Positions 1 through 8,438 of a DNA stretch of 64,000 nt are shown here, one piece after another. The position numbers and the translations under genes are program-made. Position 1 is the first letter of the stretch; each line of letters opens with the position of its first letter. Source of the stretch: Candidatus Krumholzibacteriia bacterium (GTDB taxonomy: Bacteria > Krumholzibacteriota > Krumholzibacteriia > LZORAL124-64-63); the NCBI GenBank assembly GCA_050174015.1, contig JBFXKG010000003.1, positions 179,988 to 243,987 on the forward strand. The letters run 5' to 3'. The notes below the pieces were generated by a model. It did no database searches. It saw only the letters and a program-made list of their open reading frames with translations, and was not told where the DNA came from.

Positions 1-650
1 TGGCCGGGTTCCCCTTCGTGGCCACGCCCGCCAAGTTCAGGATCATCGCCCATACGGCCGAAGGCGACGTCCAGCTCGATTTCCGGTTCCGGGACCGGAA
101 CGGGGACCAGACCCTCAGCGCGGCGGACGAACTCGTCGACGCTTTCACCTATCTGGAGTCGGACCCGGACACGCCGCAGGCCACCTGGCGCTTCGAGGTG
201 GACGTGGCCGGGGGAGAGGCGGAAACCGTTCCGGGGATCGCCGACGCCTACGAGTTGCGTCTGGTGCGCCCGTTCAGCGGCGACGACGTCTTCAGGTTCT
301 CGACCCGGGGCTCCTACGTCGACAAGGCCGCCTCGGGCGTCCTGGCCCCCTACGTGGTGCCGAACCCGTACATGGCCTCCGCCAGCTTCGAACCCGAACG
401 CTTCGCGGTGTCGGGCCGGGGGGAGCGGCGGATCGAGTTCCGCGGCCTGCCCGCCCGCTGCACCGTCCGGATCTACAACCTCCTGGGCGAACTGGTGCAG
501 ACCCTCCGGCACGACGGGACCGACGAGGGAGTCGTGGCCTGGGACCTGCGCACCAAGGACCAGCTCGACGTCGCTCCGGGGCTCTACATCTTCCATGTGG
601 ACGGCGGAACGGCCGGGACCGCCACCGGCAAGTTCGCCATCGTGAAATGA
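1..650 (+). CDS. C-terminal part (5'-truncated by the window edge) of a secreted protein with a T9SS-like C-terminal sorting domain
   Basis: Frame is open from position 3. C-terminus has YVVPNPY...IEFRGLP...IYNLLGELVQTL...WDLRTKDQLDVAPGLYIFHV...GKFAIVK, typical of CTD proteins found next to PorV genes. Confidence 0.75.
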   Translation, partial: AGFPFVATPAKFRIIAHTAEGDVQLDFRFRDRNGDQTLSAADELVDAFTYLESDPDTPQATWRFEVDVAGGEAETVPGIADAYELRLVRPFSGDDVFRFSTRGSYVDKAASGVLAPYVVPNPYMASASFEPERFAVSGRGERRIEFRGLPARCTVRIYNLLGELVQTLRHDGTDEGVVAWDLRTKDQLDVAPGLYIFHVDGGTAGTATGKFAIVK

Positions 651-696
651 GGCCGGCGATGCGCGTGAACGTCAGGCCTGCAACGCGGGGAAAGAC

Positions 697-1707
697 ATGA
701 AGAAAGTCGTGCTGATCCTGGGGGTGTACCTGGCGGCCGCGGTCGGCGGCGCGACGGCGCAGACCCAGGTCGGGAGCACCATCGGGACCTTCCTGCGGAT
801 CGAACCGGCCGCCCGCGGCGCCGCCCTGGGCAACGCCGGCTCGGCCCTGCCCGGAGGGGTCGACGCCGTCTACTACAACGTCGGCGCGCTCGGGCTGCTG
901 GAGGAGGCGGCCGTCCAGTATTCCCACAGCATGTGGTTCGCCGACATCAGCCACGACTACTTCGCGGCGGCCCTGCCGGTCACCGGCGTGGGCAACTTCT
1001 TCGTCAGCGTGACGGCGCTGAACTCGGGCGAGATCGACGTCCGCACGGTGGAGTCGCCCTTGGGCACGGGCGAACGCTACACGGTTTCCAACGTGGCTCT
1101 GGGCATCGGCTTCGGCAAGCGGATCACCAGCCGGTTCGCCGCCGGCCTGCAGGCCAACTACGTGACCGAGCGCATCTGGACCGCCTCGGACAAGATGATG
1201 ACCTTCAATCTCGGCACCACGTACCTGCTGTCCGAGGGCGGGGCCCGCCTGGCCTTCTCCCTGGCGAACCTGGGCACCCGCGCCCGCTACACGGGCAGCG
1301 GCCTGGGCATCCAGTACGATCGAGATCCCGACTCCTACGGCGACAACAGCTCCCTGCCCGCCGAGCAGTCCACCGACCGGTTCCCCCTGCCGGGCCTGTT
1401 CCGGCTCGGCCTGAGCGTGCCCTACCAGGTGAGCAAGGAAAGCGCCCTGCTGCTGCTGGTCGAAGGGCTGCACCCCAACGACAACAGCGAGAGCATGAAC
1501 CTGGGTGTGGAATGGAAGCTGCGGCGGCTACTCGCCCTGCGCGCGGGATACCAGACCCTGTTCCAGACCGACGGCGAGCTGGGCCTGACCCTGGGCTTCG
1601 GCGTGGAAGGCGACCTGGGCCGGTCCCGCTACGCCCTCGACTACGCGTGGGCGGGGCACGAGCACCTGGAGGACACCCATCGGGTGACCATGGTCATCGA
1701 TTTCTAG
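697..1707 (+). CDS. PorV/PorQ (UPF0164) family outer-membrane beta-barrel
   Basis: Signal peptide; FLRIEPAARGAALG and AVYYNVGAL N-terminal motifs; amphipathic strands; DYAW...HRVT; terminal F. Confidence 0.85.
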   Translation: MKKVVLILGVYLAAAVGGATAQTQVGSTIGTFLRIEPAARGAALGNAGSALPGGVDAVYYNVGALGLLEEAAVQYSHSMWFADISHDYFAAALPVTGVGNFFVSVTALNSGEIDVRTVESPLGTGERYTVSNVALGIGFGKRITSRFAAGLQANYVTERIWTASDKMMTFNLGTTYLLSEGGARLAFSLANLGTRARYTGSGLGIQYDRDPDSYGDNSSLPAEQSTDRFPLPGLFRLGLSVPYQVSKESALLLLVEGLHPNDNSESMNLGVEWKLRRLLALRAGYQTLFQTDGELGLTLGFGVEGDLGRSRYALDYAWAGHEHLEDTHRVTMVIDF

Positions 1708-1732
1708 GAGGGGCCGCTCGCCGCGGCCCTTT
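1708..1732 (+). terminator. GC-rich hairpin between porV-like and GH144 genes (terminator or mRNA-stabilising stem)
   Basis: agggccgc-tcgcc-gcggccct followed by only a short T run. Confidence 0.35.
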
Positions 1733-1755
1733 CGCAACTCGAGGAGTGACGGCCG

Positions 1756-3438
1756 GTGAAGACAATCCAGACATCACACCGCACGACGGCCCGCCCCCGC
1801 TACCGATGGCTCCTGTCCGCGATCCTCGTTTTGCTGGGGGTGCTGGCCGGCGCCGCACCCGGCGTCGCACCCGGTGTCCTGGCGGCCGGAGCCCGCGACC
1901 TGCCCCTGCCGGCCCAGAAATCCCTGCCCACCGAGGCCCTTCTGGACAGCCTGCAGCGCACCGCCTTCCAGTACTTCTGGGAGGAGGCGAATCCCCTCAA
2001 CGGCCTGATCCGGGACCGCAGCCAGCCCTGGTCCCCCTGCAGCATCGCGGCCCAGGGATTCGGGATCACCGCCATCTGCATCGGGATCGACCACGGCTGG
2101 GTGTCCCGGACCGAGGGGCGCGACCGCATCCTGCTGGGCATGCAGACTCTCTGGGACGGGCCCCAGAGCGACGCCGAGTACAACACCAACGGCTACAAGG
2201 GCCTGTTCTACCACTTCCTGGACATCAATTCCGGCGTGAGGACCTGGAGCAGCGAGCTTTCGACCATCGATACCGCCCTGCTGATGGCCGGGGTCCTGGA
2301 CGCCAAGCAGTACTTCGACACCGACGACCCGGGGGACGTCGAAGTGCGGGCCCTGGCGGACTCCCTGTACTACCGCGTGGACTGGGACTTCATGCGCAGC
2401 GGGGGCAACGGCCTGCGCATGGGCTGGAAGCCGGTCACCGGGTTCAGCGGCTTCGGTTACTGGATCGGCTACAACGAGGCCATGATCCTGTACCTGCTGG
2501 CCCTGGGCTCGCCGACCCATCCCGTGCCCGACTACACCTGGGCCTACTGGACCAGCGGCTACAACTGGAGCGTGCAGTACGGGCAGATCTACGTGATCTT
2601 CCCGCCCCTGTTCGGCCACCAGTACTCGCACTGCTGGGTGGACTTCCGCGACATCCGCGACCCCTACATGCAGCTGCGGGGCATCGACTACTTCGAGAAC
2701 TCGCGGCGGGCCACCGTTGCGGCCCGGGAGTACTGCATCGCCAATCCCTACGGGTGGGCAGGCTACGGGGAGAACTGCTGGGGTTTGACGGCCTCGGACG
2801 ATCCGGGGGGCTACCTGGCCCACGGGGCGCCGCCCGCCCAGAACGACAACGGCACCATCACGCCGACGGCGGCCGCGAGTTCCATCGCCTTCGCGCCCGA
2901 GATCGTCATCCCGGCGCTGCACCACATGTACGACAACTACGGCGTCATGCTGTGGGGCGAGTACGGCTTCAAGGACGCCTTCAACCTGACCCAGTTCTGG
3001 TGGGGGACCGACTACCTGGGCATCGACCAGGGCCCCATCATCCTCATGATCGAGAACTACCTGAACGGTTCGGTGTGGAACCGGATGATGGGCAACGCCG
3101 ACCTGCGGGCGGGCCTGATCCGGGCGGGCTTCATGGACGTGTCCGGGGTCCCCGAGGGACCCCTGGCCTCCGCCCCGGGCATCGAACTCGGGCAGAACGC
3201 GCCGAACCCCTTCCGGGGTTCGACCCAGATCTCCTTCCGGGTGGCCGAGCCCGGGGAGGTGACCCTGCGGATGTACGACCTGAGGGGTCGGATCGTGCGG
3301 GAGACCGTCGGCCAGGCAGCGGACAAGGACCTGCAGCAGATGACCCTGGATTCCGAGGGGCTGCCGAGCGGCATCTACCTGTATTCCCTGGAATCCCACG
3401 GCCGGACGCAATGGAAGCGGTGTATCGTACTGAAGTGA
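1756..3438 (+). CDS. Glucoamylase-like/GH144 family glycoside hydrolase (putative endo-beta-1,2-glucanase) with C-terminal T9SS-like domain
   Basis: Motifs SIAAQGFG, KGLFYHFLD, ELSTIDTALL, GYNEAMILY, PLFGHQYSH, WGLTASD, GEYGFKDAFN, LGIDQGP; CTD QNAPNPF...YDLRGRIV...SGIYLY. GTG start. Confidence 0.85.
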   Translation: MKTIQTSHRTTARPRYRWLLSAILVLLGVLAGAAPGVAPGVLAAGARDLPLPAQKSLPTEALLDSLQRTAFQYFWEEANPLNGLIRDRSQPWSPCSIAAQGFGITAICIGIDHGWVSRTEGRDRILLGMQTLWDGPQSDAEYNTNGYKGLFYHFLDINSGVRTWSSELSTIDTALLMAGVLDAKQYFDTDDPGDVEVRALADSLYYRVDWDFMRSGGNGLRMGWKPVTGFSGFGYWIGYNEAMILYLLALGSPTHPVPDYTWAYWTSGYNWSVQYGQIYVIFPPLFGHQYSHCWVDFRDIRDPYMQLRGIDYFENSRRATVAAREYCIANPYGWAGYGENCWGLTASDDPGGYLAHGAPPAQNDNGTITPTAAASSIAFAPEIVIPALHHMYDNYGVMLWGEYGFKDAFNLTQFWWGTDYLGIDQGPIILMIENYLNGSVWNRMMGNADLRAGLIRAGFMDVSGVPEGPLASAPGIELGQNAPNPFRGSTQISFRVAEPGEVTLRMYDLRGRIVRETVGQAADKDLQQMTLDSEGLPSGIYLYSLESHGRTQWKRCIVLK

Positions 3439-3546
3439 TCGCCGGCGCGAGGGACCAGCCGGTGAAGGAGGTGGTGGACCGTCGATGGAAAACGAAACTT
3501 CCGGGAACAAGGTATAGATTCGTCATCAACCTGAGGAGAAACAGCC

Positions 3547-4353
3547 ATGTTCAAGATCTTCAAAGTCAGCGTCCTGTGCGCCTTCGCCCTGGTGGCGTTG
3601 TCGGCCGGGACGGCCCTGGCGACCGACACGCCCACCGGCGCGGTCGTCATCGAACGCGTTTTCAACGATTCCTTCGCATCGATTTTGACCGTCAACAACA
3701 GCTATCCGACCGTCATCGACATCAACGACGAGGCCGCCGGCCCCCTGGGCTGGGCGAACCTGCACGTCTGGCGGTTCTCCACCGACGGCATGACCGCCCA
3801 GCAGTTCGACAACCTCGACGGGTTCATGTTCACGGCCGAGGTGACCCTCTCCGGAACCGGCGACGGCGAGGCCGGCCTGCAGATCTCCCCCTGGTGGTCC
3901 CCCAACGTCGACGGCCGCTTCAACGTGCGGACCCCCGACGGCGAGGTGGCCTGCTTCGGCGGCCGTCTGCCCTTCTATTCGTTCACGGGCAGCCAGGGCG
4001 TGAGCTACGTCAAGGGCACCACCGTGCGCCTGGGCATGATCTACACGACCAACGTCGAGATGAACTCGACCATGCCCGCCACCATCGAGTACCTCTACGA
4101 CGACGGCGTCCTGCACACCAGCGGCCCGATTCCCTTCGACGAGGGCAACCCCGCCGAGGATCCCCCGCACGGGCTGTGGGGCATCCTGTCCCCCGCCTAT
4201 GCGGGCGGCCACATGCAGTTCAACAACATGTCCGGATCCGGCGTGGGTTCGAACTTCAACGTGGTCTGGGGCGACATCACCTTCCAGGATCTGGGCACGG
4301 TCGTCGCCGACGAGCCGACCAGCTTCGGCAACGTGAAGGCCCTGTTCCGGTAG
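3547..4353 (+). CDS. Secreted hypothetical protein (beta-rich) with C-terminal PTSFGNVKALFR tail
   Basis: SD gaggag upstream; Sec signal ending ALA; strong GC3 codon bias. Confidence 0.8.
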   Translation: MFKIFKVSVLCAFALVALSAGTALATDTPTGAVVIERVFNDSFASILTVNNSYPTVIDINDEAAGPLGWANLHVWRFSTDGMTAQQFDNLDGFMFTAEVTLSGTGDGEAGLQISPWWSPNVDGRFNVRTPDGEVACFGGRLPFYSFTGSQGVSYVKGTTVRLGMIYTTNVEMNSTMPATIEYLYDDGVLHTSGPIPFDEGNPAEDPPHGLWGILSPAYAGGHMQFNNMSGSGVGSNFNVVWGDITFQDLGTVVADEPTSFGNVKALFR

Positions 4354-4379
4354 ACGGAACGATCCGGCGAGTCGAGCGA

Positions 4380-4407
4380 GGAGACCCGGGGCGACCCGGG
4401 TCTTCTC
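4380..4407 (+). terminator. Hairpin with GCGA tetraloop downstream of 3547..4353
   Basis: ggagacccggg-gcga-cccgggtctt followed by ctc. Confidence 0.5.
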
Positions 4408-4496
4408 CATCCGGGGCAGGGCGGTTGACCGGATCCCCGCCGTCGCCCACAATTGCTGCAGGGGGAAGTCCGTCGCCTCGTCCCGAAAGGACCGCC

Positions 4497-5996
4497 ATGA
4501 CTCCGGCCGCTCGCGCCCTTGCCGCATCGCTCCTGTTCCTGGTCCCGTTCGTCGTCCACGCCGGCGGCGACTCCGCGGCGGTGATCACCTCCGGATCGCT
4601 GCTGGCCGACGTCTCCCTCTTCGCCTCCCCCGAGTGCGCCGGTCGGCTGCCCGGCACCGACGGTTACCGGCTTGCGACGGACCACGCGGCCGCAGTCCTC
4701 GCTGAACTGGGGCTCGAACCGGGCGGCGACGACGGGAGCTGGCTGCAGCACCTGCCCATGGAGGCCAACGTCATCCGGCAGTGCGCCGTGACGGTGACGG
4801 ACCAGGCCGGAGTGCCGCAGGACCTGGCGCCGGGGGAGGAGTGCGCGTGCCGGGGTTTCACCGGCAGCGGGAACGTCTCGGGCGAGGTGGTCTTCGTGGG
4901 TTACGGCCTGAGCCTGCCCGACCGCGGGTATGACGACTACGCCGGCGTCGACGTGGCCGGGAAGATCGTCCTGGCCTTCAAGCAGGCCCCGCCCTGGCGG
5001 CTGGACGATGGGGAGGGGTGGGACCGGGCGGATCTGCCGCGGCCCAAGGCCCGCACCGCGCGTGACCACGGGGCGGCCGCCCTGCTGCTCATTTCGCGTC
5101 CCAACGACCAGGATCCCCAGCCGGTCATCGCCAGCGTTTTGCACGGGCCCGGCGACCACGTGCCCGACCTGCCGGCCGTCCAGATCTCCCTGGAACAGGC
5201 GGCCCGCCTGTGCGCCGGGGGGATGGAGGAACTGAAGGGCCTGCAGGCGGTCATCGACGAGGTCCGCCGGCCGGCGTCCCGCCCTCTGTCCGGCAGGGCT
5301 GCGGTCGCCGTCGAGGCCGACTACGCGCCCGCGGCGGACACCTGGAACGTCGTCGGGGTGCTGCGGGGGACCGATCCCGTCCTGAAGGACGAGGCTGTGG
5401 TGGTCGGCGGCCACCTGGACCACGTGGGCAGCCAGGGCGAGGTCCTCTGGCCGGGGGCCAACGACAACGCCTCGGGAGCGGCCGCGGTGCTGGGCATCGC
5501 CCGCGCCTTCGCCGCCGAGGCTGCGGCCGGGCGGCCCCCGCGACGCACCGTGGTCTTCGTGCTGTTCGCCGGCGAGGAGCAGGGCCTGCATGGGGCGCGG
5601 TTCCATGCGGGACATCCGGTCATCCCGCTGGACCGCACCGCCGCGATGATCAACCTGGACTGCGTGGCCCACGGCGACAGCATCCAGCTGGGGGGCGGCA
5701 AGAGCCAGCCCGTCCTGTGGGATCTGGCCCGGGGCATCGACGCGGACCGGGGGGCGCTCACCATCGCCGCGACCTGGCGAGGGGGCGGGGCCGACGCGGC
5801 CCCGTTCTGGGACGAGGGGGTGCCCACCCTGTACTTCGCCTCCCGGTACAGCTACACCCACCTGCACCGGCACACCGACACCGTGGAGACGCTCAATCCG
5901 GCCCTGTTCGAGGAACTGGTGCGGCTGGCTTTCCTCACTGCCGCGGAGGTCGCCTCCGGCGAATACGAGCGGGAGGCCATCGTTCCGGAGAGCTGA
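4497..5996 (+). CDS. M28 family aminopeptidase with PA domain
   Basis: Real start is ATG 4497 (SD aaagg), inside the long 933..5996 ORF. Signal peptide; PA domain VFVGYG...DDYAGVDVAGKIV; Zn motifs GHLDHVG, GANDNASG, GEEQGL, NLD, HRHTD. Confidence 0.9.
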   Translation: MTPAARALAASLLFLVPFVVHAGGDSAAVITSGSLLADVSLFASPECAGRLPGTDGYRLATDHAAAVLAELGLEPGGDDGSWLQHLPMEANVIRQCAVTVTDQAGVPQDLAPGEECACRGFTGSGNVSGEVVFVGYGLSLPDRGYDDYAGVDVAGKIVLAFKQAPPWRLDDGEGWDRADLPRPKARTARDHGAAALLLISRPNDQDPQPVIASVLHGPGDHVPDLPAVQISLEQAARLCAGGMEELKGLQAVIDEVRRPASRPLSGRAAVAVEADYAPAADTWNVVGVLRGTDPVLKDEAVVVGGHLDHVGSQGEVLWPGANDNASGAAAVLGIARAFAAEAAAGRPPRRTVVFVLFAGEEQGLHGARFHAGHPVIPLDRTAAMINLDCVAHGDSIQLGGGKSQPVLWDLARGIDADRGALTIAATWRGGGADAAPFWDEGVPTLYFASRYSYTHLHRHTDTVETLNPALFEELVRLAFLTAAEVASGEYEREAIVPES

Positions 5997-6022
5997 CTTT
6001 TTCCCCGTGCCGCGGGACATTC

Positions 6023-6031
6023 TGGTAAAAT
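6023..6031 (+). promoter_or_regulatory. Extended -10 promoter element (TGnTAAAAT)
   Basis: tggtaaaat about 80 nt upstream of the 6112 start. Confidence 0.45.
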
Positions 6032-6111
6032 GATCTCATCATGACGGGCAGGACAACCGGCCCCTGCTTCCTGCCGCCGGTGACTCCGCCCTGTGATCGG
6101 GGGGAAACGCC

Positions 6112-8265
6112 ATGTCCACCACGCCTGCCGACTCAAGGATGCGCGGACGCGCCGTCCTGTTCTCGACCGTCCTGTGCCTCGGCCTGCTCACCGCCGTTCC
6201 GGCCGGGTCGCAGCCCGTCATCGTCGAATCCGGCTGGACCCTGGTGCGGTCCATCCCCTTCACCGCGCCGATATCGGCCTGCTCCAATCCCGTGGACGGG
6301 GCCATCTACGTGGGCCGCCGCGGTACCTCCACCGACGGCCTCTACCGCATCGACGCCCAGGGCTTCGCCACCCGGATATCGACCGGCAGCAACACCGCGG
6401 CAGTCGCCGTTCAGCCGGATTCGGGTTCGGTCTTCCAGGCCGAGGATTACGGCGGCATCATCTACCGCACCGCACTGGGCGCCACCGGACGGACCACCTG
6501 GGTTTCGGGATTCCATTCCGGCGACGACGATCCCATCGGGATGGCCTTCGCTCCCCCCGATTATTCCGGTGACGTCCTGCTCCCGGGCAAGGCCCTGGTG
6601 GTGGACCGGGGGAACAGCGGCCCCGACGAGATCTGGACCTGGTCGCCCTTCATCGCCGAGGCCGAGACCCTGCTCCACGCGGACACAGGCCTCCTCATCG
6701 ATGCGGTGGACGTGGCGATCGACCGGACGGGCGTCTTCGTCGTCGACACCGGCCTGACCGCTCCCGGCGTGGTCTACGAGGTCGGGGCGGGGGGCTCGCT
6801 GACCGTCTTCGCCACCTCCGTGGCCCTGCCCGATCCCGCGGGCATCGCCATCGATCCCTGGACGGACGACCTGCTCGTCCTCGACCAGGTCGACGACCGC
6901 CTGGTCCGCATCGGACGGACGGACGGGGTCGTCACCGAGATCGCAACCGGCATCAACTCGTCCCTGGGCTGGGCTGGCGTGGACATCTCGCCCGACGGCA
7001 GGTGGCTGCTCCTCACCTCCAACACCGACGGGATGATCTACCTCCTGGGGCGGTGCGACGCGACGGTGCATCCCGAGCTCGACTGCGACGGGAACGGGAT
7101 CCACGACACTTGCGACATCGCCCTGGGCGCCGCCGAGGATTGCAACGCCAACGGAATCCCCGACACCTGCGACCTCGACTCGGGGACGAGCGAGGATTGC
7201 GATCTGAACGGGATCCCCGACGAGTGTCCCACCTGCCCGCCCGTGGAGGTGGTCTTCGTCATGGACACCTCGACGTCCATGGATGACGAGGCGTCGGCCC
7301 TGTGCGCGAACATGACCCAGGTCGTCGAGCGGCTCGATGCGGCCGGCCTGACGGTGATGCCGAGCCTGCTGGGAATCTGCGACCTGCCCGGCGGAGCCTA
7401 CGGCTGCCTGGAGAACCACGTCACCGCGCTGCTGGGGACCGAGGTGCCGGGTGCGCCTCCGGCCGGGCTGGAGTTCCTGGGCTCGTGTCCGGGCGGGCTC
7501 GAGGTCTGCCAGGAGGACTGGGGCCTGGCCACGGCCGTGGTCGCCGGCCGCTACCCCTGGCGGCCCCGCGGGGAATCGGTCCGGCTGATCGTACCGCTTT
7601 CGGACGAGGGGTCGTGGTGCGGGGACCCGGTCACCGTCAACGACCAGGCGGCGGTCGATCACGCCATCGTGGTGGCGAGGCAGAACAAGGTCGTCGTCTC
7701 GCCCATCACCGGGTCGGGATCGAGCTCCGCCGTGATCGCCCTGGCCCAGACCCTGGCCGATTCCACGGGAGGCATCCGCTTCAGTTCCGCCGTCCCCGCC
7801 GCGGATCTCGCCCAGGGGATCATCGACCTGGTGCTCGAGGCCTGCTTCGCCTTCATCGACTGCAACGGCAACGGAACCCTCGACGCCTGCGACATCTCGG
7901 CGGGAACCAGCGAGGACACCAACGGCAACGGGATACCCGACGAATGCGAGGGCGCCTCGGCGGTGCCCGACGGAGCGCGGGGAGCCCGCCTCTACCGGCT
8001 GGACGGCAACTACCCCAACCCCTTCAACGCCCTCACGCGTTTCGATTTCGAACTGCTGGCGGACGCGCGGGTGGACCTGCGGGTGTACAGCCTGGACGGC
8101 CGGCTGGTCAGGACGGTCCTGGCTGCGAACCTGGAACGGGGGCGGCATTCGGTGGCCTGGAACGGCCGGGACGATCGCGGCCGGACCGTGGCCTCCGGCG
8201 GGTACTTTTACAGGTTCCAGGCGGGGGACCAGTCCGAGGTTCGCCGGATGGTCCTCTTGAAGTAG
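6112..8265 (+). CDS. Secreted multidomain protein: beta-propeller + Cys/Asp repeats + vWA-like domain + FlgD-Ig/T9SS-like CTD
   Basis: Signal peptide; propeller blades (PAGIAIDP, GVDISPDG); five DCNGNGIPDxCD-type repeats; MIDAS VFVMDTSTSM; CTD NYPNPFN...WNGRDDRGRTVASGGYFY. Confidence 0.8.
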   Translation: MSTTPADSRMRGRAVLFSTVLCLGLLTAVPAGSQPVIVESGWTLVRSIPFTAPISACSNPVDGAIYVGRRGTSTDGLYRIDAQGFATRISTGSNTAAVAVQPDSGSVFQAEDYGGIIYRTALGATGRTTWVSGFHSGDDDPIGMAFAPPDYSGDVLLPGKALVVDRGNSGPDEIWTWSPFIAEAETLLHADTGLLIDAVDVAIDRTGVFVVDTGLTAPGVVYEVGAGGSLTVFATSVALPDPAGIAIDPWTDDLLVLDQVDDRLVRIGRTDGVVTEIATGINSSLGWAGVDISPDGRWLLLTSNTDGMIYLLGRCDATVHPELDCDGNGIHDTCDIALGAAEDCNANGIPDTCDLDSGTSEDCDLNGIPDECPTCPPVEVVFVMDTSTSMDDEASALCANMTQVVERLDAAGLTVMPSLLGICDLPGGAYGCLENHVTALLGTEVPGAPPAGLEFLGSCPGGLEVCQEDWGLATAVVAGRYPWRPRGESVRLIVPLSDEGSWCGDPVTVNDQAAVDHAIVVARQNKVVVSPITGSGSSSAVIALAQTLADSTGGIRFSSAVPAADLAQGIIDLVLEACFAFIDCNGNGTLDACDISAGTSEDTNGNGIPDECEGASAVPDGARGARLYRLDGNYPNPFNALTRFDFELLADARVDLRVYSLDGRLVRTVLAANLERGRHSVAWNGRDDRGRTVASGGYFYRFQAGDQSEVRRMVLLK

Positions 8266-8289
8266 GCCCTTCACCCCTCCCGCTCGGCC

Positions 8290-8325
8290 CCGGCCCCGGT
8301 CTCACTGCCCGGGGCCGGTATTTTT
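8290..8325 (+). terminator. Rho-independent terminator
   Basis: ccggccccgg-N9-ccggggccgg followed by tattttt. Confidence 0.7.
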
Positions 8326-8438
8326 CGACAACCCTTTCGGACTTTTGGTCGTCATACCTGGAAAGCGCCGGGCCGTTTCTTATCGGCCGGGGCGCCCTGA
8401 CTTTCCCCGACGCCCACGCCATACCCGAAAGGTCATCC

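Noticed and set aside
933..4496. Very long ORF-track entries (933..5996, 7302..11129, 11135..14221, 13240..16488, 38086..41172, 40122..42653, 45405..47489) suggesting giant or fused proteins
   Set aside because: Their N-terminal parts are Arg/Pro/Gly-rich off-frame read-through of neighbouring real genes in GC-rich DNA. Real starts with SD sequences or stop/start overlaps lie downstream.
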